Shown: one piece after another, positions 53,887 through 64,000 of the stretch
Position numbering within the stretch: the first letter of the stretch is position 1
How the letters are laid out: every line of letters starts with the position of its first letter
Translations under genes and position numbers: made by a program
The notes under the pieces: model-generated
What the model saw: only the letters and a program-made list of their open reading frames with translations
The model's database searches: none
Told to the model about the DNA's origin: nothing
Assembly: GCA_964016885.1 (NCBI GenBank)
Contig: OZ024750.1
Span: forward strand, 54,374,001-54,438,000
DNA: 64,000 bases
Direction of reading: 5' to 3'
From: Eledone cirrhosa
Taxonomy: Eukaryota

Positions 53887-55130
53887 CTTCTGCTTCTTCT
53901 TCTTCTTCCACTTATTCCTGAGAATCCTCAAACACACCTTCCAGCAGGTCTTGTCAGAAGCAAATATTTCCAACTGACCCGGCTGGATCCCCAAGCGAGA
54001 CCAGCTAAACTCATGGATGTTATCCAACCATCTTGCTTGGGGTCTAACCCTGGAGCTCCTGCTGCTTGGTTTAGCCCATAAAATCTGTCCAGCGATTCCT
54101 GAGACATTCTAACCACATGGCCATAGTATCAGAGCTGTGATCTCTCAATTCAGAGAAGTAGCGGAGTGACTCTCTGATCTCCAAGCTACACACTCTATCA
54201 AGTAATATTACTCCAAAGACCCTTCAAAGGAACCCCTTGTATTCATAATCATATTCTTTTGGTCATTACCTTTGATTACTGAATGCTGAAGCTAGCACAT
54301 TACTACACCAGCTTCTGCAATTCTTCACTTAATTCAGCCTCCTGCCTTCCATCACTTGTCACCATGGCCCCAAGATACTTGAACTTCTCCACTTGCTTCA
54401 GTGGAACTTCGTTTACATGTAGAGTCCACTGCACTGGCTTCCATGAGAGGATGCATGTCTCAGTTTTTGCAGCACTGATTTTCATTCTAGCCATCAAACT
54501 GAATCGAAGATCACCTTCTGTCGAGTTGAGTAACAACATGTCGTCTGCAAATTCCAGCCGACTGACTCTATACCCACCAGTCATGATACCACTTCCAACC
54601 CAGCTGCACATGTCAATCCTGTCCATGAAAATCATAAACAGGAGAGGTGGCAGTATGCACCCTTGGCGGAGTCCGACTCCCACACTGAATGGTTTCGATT
54701 TAGCACCATTTATCCAAACAAAATTACTTGGACATTTGTATAGAGACATCAAGGCAGCACCTTCCACAGCAGGTCCTGAGGAACACTGTCATATGCCTTT
54801 TCAAGGTCTACAAACCAAGAATATTCATCTTGGCAATATTCCCATAATTTCTTGAAGACCTACCACAGTGCGTATATTTGGTCAGGTGTGTTGCGTTTGG
54901 AGCGAAAACTGCACTGTTCTTCAGCTAGCTTGGACTCGACAATCTCCCTGCATCTCTTTGCCAGACACTTAACATAGACTTTACGGGGGAGGCTTAACAA
55001 AGAGATCCCTCTGTAATAGGAATAATCTCTCTTGTTTCCCTTTTTAAAAATTGGGATTATCACTTCTAACTGCCATTGCTTAGGTGCCCTTCCAGAGATC
55101 CAGATCTGTTCTGCTAGAGAATGGGTCACA
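53887..55130 (-). mobile_element. RTE-type LINE fragment (RT), 5'-truncated, with (GAA)n tail
   Basis: Minus-strand ORFs give IPIFKKG, YRGISLLS, EEQCSFR, GLRQGCILPPLLF, FADD and FKYLG. The 3' end is a GAA tandem tail at about 53887-53908. Confidence 0.85.
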
Positions 55131-55901
55131 GGTGGCGAATAGCAATATGGCCACCAGATATGATTGTTTGCGATATAAGCAACTGCCAGATGAATAAGCA
55201 GCCCCAGACCAACAGCAGTAAACTACTAGGGGAGATGGAGCAATGGGTGACACCTGTAGCTCCCTAGAAAACTCTCACGATTCAGTGATGTAGCGAGTAA
55301 AGGCCGCCTCTAAAAAAGCTTATTCTTCGCGAGTTTGACAAAGTACCAGATTGGTAATTGATGCGAATAAGGCCACCGAAACTACATCTGCATTATGATG
55401 AGAGGAACAAAAGATAACCATACTGCATCATCCTTCACACAAGTTAACCTGAGATGCATTAAGGCCTATTTGAAAAATATATTGCAGTCTCCATTTTATG
55501 CCACAAAAACTGGTGATGTGCCTGTGACCTCTCCTGGGAGGTGTGGGATGGACACACAAAGATTGTGTATCCTGAGACCCTAAAGAGTGTCTGGAAGGAG
55601 GTAGATTGGTATCTAAAATATTAAAAACACAAAAAGGTTAACTTTATATTAATTTATCATTTATTTCTTGGTGTCTACAGCGAAAAGTTTGACCTTGATA
55701 AATAAATGATAAATATACGAGGGTCAGCAGAAACGTTCACACACTCATAGAATGACCAAATGAGGTTTATTTTTCAACATAATCCATGAAAAAAAAACAA
55801 TGCATTTATTAATAAGAAGAGTTGAAATTTATGCATGCATCCAACCATGCATCTCAGTCGATATAAATACATAAGGTGAAAAGAATTGTTAATTATTATT
55901 T

Positions 55902-56000
55902 GTTGACTTTGCCTTTCATCCTTACGGGGTCGATAAAATAAAGTACAAGTAATGCACTGTATAATTGCTGGCCTTCTGCCTAAAGTAGAAACAATTATTT
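55902..56000 (+). mobile_element. SINE 3' half
   Basis: GTTGACTTTGCCTTTCATCCTTACGGGGTCGATAAAATAAAGTAC...AGTAGAAACAATTATT. Confidence 0.8.
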
Positions 56001-56125
56001 CTCTATGGAGATTAACTACAAACATATGTAGAAACTTTCTATCTCTTAGAACTACTAATTGAGGAAACGTATATACAAGATAGATTCTGAAATTACACTT
56101 GGCAAAATGAAAGGCTGAAATAATA

Positions 56126-57432
56126 TGTAGTGGTAGTGGTGACAGTGGTAGTGGTGGCAGTGGTAGTGGTGGCAGTGGAGGTAGTGGTGGCAGTGGTAGT
56201 GGTGGCAGTGGTAGTGGTGGCAGTGGTAGTGGTGGCAGTGGTAGTGGGGGCGTGGTAGTGGTGGTGGTGGCAGTGGTAGTGGTGGCAGTGGAGGTAGTGG
56301 TGGCAGTGGTAGTGGTGGTGGTGGTTTGGGGGCGGTGGTAGTGGTGGCAGTAGAGTTAGTGGTGGCAGTGGTGGTGGTGGCAGTGGTAGTGGTGGCAGTG
56401 GTAGTGGTGACGGTGGTAGTGGTGGTGGTAGTGGTTGTGGTGTGGTGGTGGTAGTGGAGGTAGTGGTGGTGGTGGTAGTGGCAGTGGTATCGGTCGTTGT
56501 GGTGTTGGTAGTGATAGTGGTGGCGGTGGTAGTGGTAGTGGTGGCAGAGGTAGTGATGGTAGTAGTGGTAGTGGTGGTGGAGGTAGTGATAGTGGTGGCA
56601 GAGGTAGTAGTGGTAGTAGTGTTAGTGGTGGTGGTGGTAGTGGTGGCTGAGGTATTAGGGGTAGTGGTGGTCGTAGTGGTGGCGGTTGTAGTAGGGGTCG
56701 TGGTGGTTGTGGTGTTGGTGGTGGTAGTGGTGGTGGTAGTGGTGGCAGTGGTAGTGGTAGTAGTGGTAGTGGTGGTGGAGGTAGTGATAGGGGTGGCAGA
56801 GGTAGTAGTGGTAGTAGTGGTAGTGGTGGTGGAGGTAGTGATAGTGGTGGCAGAGGTAGTAGTGGTAGTAGTGGTAGTGGTGGTGGAGGTAGTGATAGTG
56901 GTGGCAGAGGTAGTAGTGGTAGTAGCGGTAGTGGTGGTGGTGGTAGTGATAGTGGTGGCAGAGGTAGTAGTGGTAGTGGTGGTGGTGGTAGTGATAGTGG
57001 TGGCAGAGGTAGTAGTGGTAGTAGTGGTAGTGGTGGTGGTGGTAGTGATAGTGGTAGCAGAGGTAGTAGTGGTAGTAGTGGTAGTGGTGGTGGAGGTTGT
57101 GATAGTGGTGGCAGAGGTAGTAGTGGTAGTAGTGGTAGTGGTGGTGGTGGTAGTGGTGGCTGAGGTAGAGGGCGTAGTGGTGGTGGTAGTGGTGGCGGTT
57201 GTAGTGGGGGTCGTGGTGGTTGTGGTGTTGGTGGTGGTAGTGGTGGTGGTAGTGGTGGCAGTGGTAGTAGTGGTGGAAGTGATGGTGGTAGTGTTAGTGG
57301 TAGCAGTGTTAGTGGTGGTAGTGGTGGTACTGATAGTAGTGGTTGTGGTTGTGGTGGTAATTGTGGTGGTGATGGTAGTGGTTGTGGTGGTGGTGGTGGT
57401 GGTGGTGGTAGTGGTGGAGGTGGTAGTGATGT
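56126..57432. repeat. (GTG/GTA/GCA)n triplet low-complexity tract with internal ~51-bp duplications
   Basis: GTGGTAGTGGTGGCA-type triplets throughout; this is the source of the poly-Val and Gly/Ser ORFs. Confidence 0.95.
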
Positions 57433-57749
57433 ACGTTGAAGATAATTTTAGAGTATTAATAAAAGAAAAGCTGCAAGTAAGAGCAGATATGACTGAGTGG
57501 TTAAATAGTTTGCTTTGTCTCTAGCTAGTTATGCAAACATGGTGTATGCATAGCCAATTTTTCAAAATTTTACGAAGTGCTGAAGGGATAAAGTTAATAT
57601 AAAAAGTGGTGTGCTCATGTGAGGAAATGCTATAAAATAGGCTGAAGCACCTTAAAGATGGAAAAAGAAGTTGCCATCATCAGCTACGTGGTGGTTGTAT
57701 AAATGTTTACAGAGGTTTAGGGGTACATGGGTGTTATAGATGTTCTGGG

Positions 57750-59610
57750 GGCTTGCAGCCAAGATTAACTGCATGTCTATTGCACCTAACTAGGCTAGGA
57801 ACTCAGCCCAGTCTAGCTGGGGGTCGTCACGGCCAATGGGTGGGAGGGAGCTGCCCACACTGCTAGACAATACATTAAAAACTGTCCTCCTGAGCCTGTG
57901 CCAAAGCAGCTCATTGTCAAGCTTGACATGAAAAATGCCTTCAACTGTCTACACCGTGACATACATGCCCGAGGCTTGCCTCAGCCGGGCCTTGTCTGCC
58001 TAATACCTATCATATGAGAACCAAGCATGCTCTTCACGCCGGGCAAGATAATACCCACCCTCAACTGGCATTCAACAGGGTGACCCATTGAGCCCCCTCC
58101 ACTTTTGGGGTGGACAGTTTTGCACAGAGCATTACCACTCCGCTCAATGTTTGGTACCTGCATGATGCCACGATAGGCGGGCCCGCAGAGAGCATCTGTC
58201 AGGATCTCCAATCAGACGTTCCCACTCAGGTGAGAATCGACCTCAAGATCAACTCGTCCAAGTCAGAGGTTGCAAACATCAATTATGATGCAAAGAGCTT
58301 CGCGGCCTCCATCTCGGATGGACCCCCAAGGAAGAGGTCCTTATCCTTGGATCACCAATCCTCCACCTACCATTCGCTCTACCTTCAGGCTGAGACTATG
58401 CCAGCTAGAATCCATGATGAGCAGACTGAGCCTGACTAATGCCCACCCAGCACTCTTTCTGTTGAAAACCTGCTTTGTCATGCCAAAGCTCTTATACACT
58501 TACTGCAGTGTCCCGCGCTACAGCCAAACATCTTTTCTCAGGTCTCGATGCCTGCATCCAATGAGCTGCTGAGGAGATATGCAACGTCTGGTTTGACGAC
58601 ACCGAATGGCAGCAGGCCACCTTAGCCATCAAATATGGCAACCTCGGTCTTTGGTCTCCTGTCCCACTGGCCCTACCTGCTTTCTTTTCATCAGTGACCT
58701 CTTGCCATGTTTTCATCAACGAGGTTCTCTACAACACAACTGAACCTTCTGTGACCGAGGAGCGCAAGGCGGCCTAAGCGCCACGGAACCAGCTTGGCCT
58801 CCGCCTCGTCCATCCCCCTCACCCCTCAGCTGACGTCCAATCCCTCACAAAAAAGTAGGATGTCATCCTTTGCAAAATTTAAGATGGGCTGTTGTGCTGA
58901 CATGCTCCCCCCCCCCCCAGTGGTGCCTGGCTCAACGTAGTTCCCTCACTTGTGACTGACATTCAACTGGACAGCGACTGATTCTGCATCTGTATTTTTC
59001 TGAGGCTTGGCCTCCGCATCTGTGAGCCTCACAAATGCTGCTGAGGTACCATTATGGATCCTTTCGGTCTCCACCCACTGTCATGTCATTACAGTGCTGG
59101 CCTCCTCCCACTGTTAAGCCGTTACAGAGCTGGCCACCTCCCATGCCATGTTGCCCTCAACGAAATCATACAGCATGGGCTGGATGACACATACTTCCCT
59201 TCCTGCTCGAGCCAGCAGGGCTGGACAGCAAAAGGCCAGTTGGCATGGCAGTCTTCCCGTTCTGTTAGGGTAGGCCCCTCATCTGGGATCCCATATGCTG
59301 TATCACCTACTCATGTGACAACCTGGTGCGTTCGGCCACCAGCTCAAGTTCTGCTGCCTGCTAAGCTGAAGAGGGCAAACTGTTCAAGTATCAGTCACTC
59401 TCAGATAGGTTTGTGGTAGAGCCTGTAGCAGTGGAGAGTTCTGGTATTCTTGGCCCTTGGATCACATCCCTACTCACTGCTAACGGAGAAGAGTTGGTCA
59501 GCTGCAGATGCGAGTCCTGTGAAGTGGAATGGCTGTTCCAGCACGTCTCCCTCACCATCCTCCAGGGCAGTGTATTCTTCATCCTGCTAACTGGGATCCA
59601 AAAATGGACG
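57750..59610 (+). mobile_element. CRE-type non-LTR retrotransposon relic (RT + restriction-like endonuclease)
   Basis: Frameshifted motifs VKLDMKNAFN, GIQQGDPL, WYLHDATIGG (YLDD-like), GAWLNVVP, LRLGL, DPFGLHPLSC, LIWD and AEEGKLFKY...VAVESSG. Confidence 0.75.
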
Positions 59611-60029
59611 GTAAGTTATTTGGTAGTGGAGGATATTCGTTCGGACGTCACTTTCATTCATATATTGAATACTTGAATTAAAATAGCTGAGTAAAGAAGT
59701 ATAGATATTTATAAAGAAGTGTGAGGGTAGGAACTAAAAATGTTTAGAGAGGTGTGTTGGGGTGGGTAGGAAGTATAGATGTTTACAGAGAGGTGTGGGA
59801 TGGGAAATATAGATGTTTACAAAGCAACAATTAAGGCAGACTTTGGTGCTTCAAAACATTCTGACTGGACACATTTTCACAAGATACGTATTTCAGGACG
59901 TTTTTTATAAACTATATTTTCTAAATCTGCAAGGGTGCACCATTGAGAAATAAGTGGGAAAAAGCCTGTTAAGTTTCAATCTTGGCGACTTCGTACGTGG
60001 ACGAGAACTAGTAAGGTATGGGCGCGTAG

Positions 60030-60190
60030 GATTAACATACGATGTTTCTCGGGGTATTTTAAAACCTGGTGGAGCATATCCCTTTTTCAGGCTTGAGTAC
60101 AGCAGATTTCTTCCAGAGAAGGATAAAGAGCGAGAGAAAGAGATATAGAGGAAGATTCGACCCAGTACTTTTTTTTATCGACCTCGGATG
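60030..60190 (-). mobile_element. SINE long-tail variant fragment
   Basis: Shares AAACCTGGTGGAGC...CAGATTTCTTCCAGAGAAGGATA with 39712-39860 and joins the SINE core (CGACCCAGTACTTT...TTATCGACCTC). Confidence 0.65.
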
Positions 60191-60719
60191 AGAACCACAG
60201 GTGTTTAAAATAGAACTGTCTAGCGTGTGTGAAGGAAGCCAGTACGTTTACATTGAAACTGCGGAGGTAGGAACTACATATATTTACAACGGAATAATGA
60301 AGGCAGTGCCTAGCCTGTTTACTGTGGGGGGTAGGAACGAAGTACAGATGTTTACAACAGAACTAAGGAGGCATGCGTTGGGCACGTGTCGACTATCTCC
60401 TGCCTTCTTTGCCTCCTACACATAAGAGCGACCGCCCTCTTATCAAATTATTCTCTTTCAGAAATAACCTTTCTGTCACGCTCTCTCTTTCCTTCGTTTT
60501 CTTTACACATATTCTTCCTCTATACCGAAAGTATACTGTTTCTGTCTGTTACTTTATCATCGTATATCATCTCTACCGATTTATTTCTCTCTAACATTAC
60601 ACAGTCTGTCTATCTGTTACACCCTCGCCTTCCACCCGCTTGCTACTCTATCTCAGCTTGACTCTCACAGAAACTCTACCACGTACTAATTATTGAATCA
60701 TTAACATTCTTTAGCCTGA

Positions 60720-60849
60720 CTGCCGCCAGCTTCCGTTTTGCCACACTTTCCTGCTCTGACTTTCATTCCGGGTTGTCCATTTTATTGGAGCTGTTTCACA
60801 GACAGGCAGACAGACACTTTGAAAAAGTTATTGTAAATCTCATCCAACT
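60720..60849 (+). promoter_or_regulatory. Probable proximal promoter / 5' UTR of PHPT1
   Basis: Unique, relatively CpG-richer DNA just upstream of the ATG, with CTTCCG and TTCCGG (ETS-like) and ATTGG (reverse CCAAT) words and an upstream in-frame TGA. These are short motifs only. Confidence 0.3.
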
Positions 60850-61036
60850 ATGGCTGTAGCAGCGGCAACCATAGCTTCAGCCGGAGCTTTCAAAAATCCC
60901 AAACTGAAAGCAATTAGCGATGTTGACACCGACAAAAACGGCAGGTTTAAATATATATTGGTCAAAGTGCATGACCCAGAGAAAGACCGCGAATTTAAGC
61001 ATATCATCCGAGGATACAGCCGTCACGAATATCACT
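60850..61036 (+). CDS. PHPT1: 14-kDa phosphohistidine phosphatase (Janus/Ocnus family), first coding exon
   Basis: MAVAAA...ISDVDTDKNGRFKYILVKVH...HIIRGYSRHEYH matches the PHPT1 pattern DVDID.DG.FKYVL..V...IVRGY...EYH, including the catalytic His (His62 here). Phase-1 donor GTAAGT at 61037. I found no exon 2 in the window. Confidence 0.92.
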
Positions 61037-61257
61037 GTAAGTTCTTTTATTTATGTGGTTTCGTCATCATTACTGTAAATCTACTTTTTACCTGTACGGT
61101 GGGGAAGAGAAAAGCCAAAGGGGCAGTTAATATCAACCTACGATTTTGGAGGGGCATACTCACATCAAATTGGACTTCTTTTATAGAACACTTTAAATAA
61201 AGTATCAGTAATGTACTGGGGGTAATTGCAGGGTTGTGCCTAAAGTAGAAACAATTA

Positions 61258-61562
61258 TTATAGAACACCTCACTCGATTTCAGTGGGGAAAAAATATTTT
61301 TCGTAGTGTTTGTTTTTTCTTCGTATGTTAGTAACTAATCTAACCTCCAAAATTCTGGCAATCAAGTTTTTTCCAGAGAACGGAGAGGGTCGCCCCCTCG
61401 GATAACCCCATCCTCGGGAGGTTTCCCTACCGATTTCTTTTTCGCGTATTATCAACGAATATGACCTGCAAACGACAAGATTTGTAGGTAATAGCACACG
61501 AAACAAAAAAGAAAACAGGGAAAAACATTTTCCCCACCGAAATCGAGTGGGGTGTTCTATAA
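61258..61562. mobile_element. MITE (~300 bp) with ~34-bp terminal inverted repeats in PHPT1 intron 1
   Basis: TATAGAACACCTCACTCGATTTCAGTGGGGAAAA ... TTTTCCCCACCGAAATCGAGTGGGGTGTTCTATA (2 mismatches), with TA/TTA at both ends. Confidence 0.88.
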
Positions 61563-61584
61563 ATTTACCAATTATTCTTTTCTG

Positions 61585-61635
<51 letters not shown>

Positions 61636-62964
61636 CATTTTATTAAGGCTAAATAGTGAGTTGTTACTCTAAAGTTTGGCTTGCTTTAAACTCTACTTCG
61701 GTGTTGAATAATACACTTTTCTCTACATACGGAGAAGACCCTCTTCCATTATATCAAAAGTTAACCTAATATATCCCTTCCACTGTACCGATTGTGTTGT
61801 TATTTCTCTTTACCTTTTACACACGCATATATATATATATTTATTAAAATAACTGATTAAAGTTTAATCTGTTATTTTAATAAATATTTGCTCTACGGTT
61901 CTTATATATTTGATATATATTTATCCTTATCGAGCCCTCTGGATTTTAGTCTTCTAATTTATTATTATTACTATATATATATATATATATATATAATGTT
62001 TGCAATAAGAAAAAGAAAGAGGGAAAAGAATACTCGTAACACACATAAATCATATTTAGCACTGATTACTAAAAAAAAATATATCTGTCCACTTTCCGTC
62101 TCCGGGGGTACTGTACATGATATTATTCAACCATTATTTAGGGTTATCAACTATTATTATAGTTATCTGCATTGTGGCAAATATATTTTCAAATTTCAAA
62201 TCTAATGTTTCGTAAATCATTCAAGTCTGTTTTAACACTTAATGAGCAGTTTGAAATGGGACCTATATTTCATACCTGGCTTTTGCTTAGTAACAGTTCA
62301 GTTTTACTACATTTTGCAGTTGGCTTGGGCCTCCTGCCAACTTTCTATATGCCTGTCTGTAATCAACACGATCCCAATTGAGGAGTCTCTATGTGGTTGC
62401 TCGACCTACTAGAAATAGTTTCCCCAAATCATAGACTTAACCCGTCACTCAGTTTAACATTGTCACCTGGTCCCTGGGTGTCTTCAGCGGAAAATGCTTT
62501 GTTGCAAGTATTTGGGTTAGGTATCCTTCCTGTCTGCGGATACCTTCCTCTCGTTATCCTACCTGTATTGGGGACCCTTCCTCCTCTAAACGATTAAAAG
62601 ATGGATTATAGACATAACTACAATTTATTGCCCACCCCCACTTCTCAGCCAGCTTTGTTTCCTTATGTCTTAATAATACACAATTTTAAAATGAAATTCG
62701 CAGATACAATTTTGAAAATGTAGATTACGATTATGTTGATTAAAATTAAAAAAGTTAAATAAACATTAAAAAACAAAACAAAGCAAATTAACACTTTCAT
62801 TATGGTATGGTTCAGTTTCATTTACTGAATACTTTCCATTTGTTTTGTAGTAGGCTAAACATAAACACGGATTCTTTTCGTCATGTCTTCCAATTTCACG
62901 TTGATAATGAACAATTTCTTGTTGACGATGAATAATATCAATTTCACTCTTCCGAGGTCCATCA

Positions 62965-63275
62965 AATAAAATACCAGTCATGCACTGGGGACGATTTAAT
63001 CGACTTTCCCCTCTCCAACTTTTTGGCCTTGTGCCTAAATCAGAAATTATTATTACTTTTTTTTGTCTACCATAAATTTTGAAATCAGTTTGAAGCAAAG
63101 ATCCGATGAAATTTTCAGCTTGAAGTTCCCATGCTCAATTAATCCACCCCTGATACCGTCCTATTATCTGAATGCCGAGGTTAACTTTGCCTTTCATCCT
63201 TACGGGGTCGATACAATAAAGTACCAGTAATGTACTGTATAATTGCTGGCCTTGTGCCTAAAGTAGAAACAATTA
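62965..63275 (+). mobile_element. Two SINE 3' fragments (62965-63058 and 63172-63275)
   Basis: TACCAGT...GGCCTTGTGCCTAAA motifs as in the other copies. Confidence 0.8.
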
Positions 63276-63375
63276 TCTGAATACAAACCAAAACAGTTAT
63301 ATAATGCTCACAACTATTTAGTTGTCTCTGATAATGTCTGCTTTATTTCTGTCTTTTCATAAACATAGTAGTTAG

Positions 63376-63560
63376 TGTCATTGGCAGTATCGGTAGAGGG
63401 TCAGACGCCATGCTTTCCAGCATAGTTACGTTCGGTTATGTTCTGAGTTCAAATCCTGCCGAGGTTAACTTTGCCTTTCATCCTTACCGGGTCGATAAAA
63501 TAAAGTACCAGTAATGCACTGGTAATTGCTGGCCTTGTGCCAATAGTAGAAACAATTAAT
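63376..63560 (+). mobile_element. Full-length tRNA-derived SINE
   Basis: A box TGGCAGTATCGG, B box GAGTTCAAATCC, central domain and GTAGAAACAATT end. Confidence 0.88.
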
Positions 63561-63902
63561 TTCTTTAATTTCATTTTACTTCACTTATATCTGCAATACA
63601 TGGTCTAACTTTTTTTCCTTTTGCAAATCTTCGGATCTCTTTAAATGTTGCCTTAATTACAAATTGGTTGGAATTACTAAATAAAAAAAAAATGTAATCA
63701 TTTCAAAATCCACAAACTAACTTATATTCATTAACTACGACTGACTAGCGAATTTCTGTAATAACCATCACCACATCACCGTTGCGCTAAACTGAACATG
63801 TTTATATTGTCAGTGATATCAAATTGACAGTACTTCCTCACATTCTACTACTGCCACTACTACAGGGTAGCCGGCACGTAAATAGACCATTAGAAAAAAT
63901 AA

Positions 63903-64000
63903 TACAGTAAAATTCCGTTATAACGAAATTCACGGGGTATAAAATTCGTTGTAACGAAACATTTTTTAAACGGGATCAAACTAACACATTGAGCGTGTGG
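63903..64000 (+). mobile_element. Possible left end of a pogo/Tigger-like DNA transposon
   Basis: TA|CAGTAAAATTCCGTTATAACGAA with the repeated palindromic word CGTTRTAACG. The other end is not in the window. Confidence 0.4.

Noticed and set aside
55715-55750. TACGAGGG mariner-like TIR start
   Set aside because: No matching opposite end or transposase found, so it is too short to support.
56435-57524. Poly-Val 360-aa and Gly/Ser ORFs
   Set aside because: These are translations of a GTN triplet microsatellite, with no splice or domain support.
57660-57690. Minus-strand CTGATGA TGG...CCA
   Set aside because: No GAAA after the putative stem II; chance match.
61037-61200. Extension of the PHPT1 ORF to 116 aa
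   Set aside because: Read-through into the intron; similarity to PHPT1 stops at EYH, where GTAAGT begins.
63376-63465. tRNA gene
   Set aside because: A and B boxes belong to the SINE head; no cloverleaf forms and the SINE body follows.

Overview
Eukaryotic, AT-rich and repeat-dominated genomic DNA. It is probably octopus or another cephalopod; this is inferred from my recollection of the abundant tRNA-derived SINE, not from a search. About half the window is two satellite arrays: a 59/62-bp unit at 1-13.1 kb and a 48-bp unit at 20.2-37.5 kb with nested higher-order duplications. The rest is mostly transposon debris: a Penelope element, two non-autonomous Helitrons, two tandem Tx1/L1-type LINEs, an RTE-type LINE, CRE-type LINE fragments, many SINEs and a MITE. 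The only host gene I recognise is the first coding exon of PHPT1 (14-kDa phosphohistidine phosphatase) at 60850-61036. Main findings: (1) an apparently intact type I hammerhead ribozyme on the minus strand near 16.35-16.42 kb, plus three decayed minimal hammerheads, all on the minus strand; (2) two diverged Tx1-like LINEs inserted head-to-tail, each junction carrying the same (TATC)n-like 15-mer, which suggests a microsatellite-targeting family; (3) a consensus splice donor overlapping the ORF1 stop codon in both LINEs, which could fuse ORF1 to ORF2 in frame.
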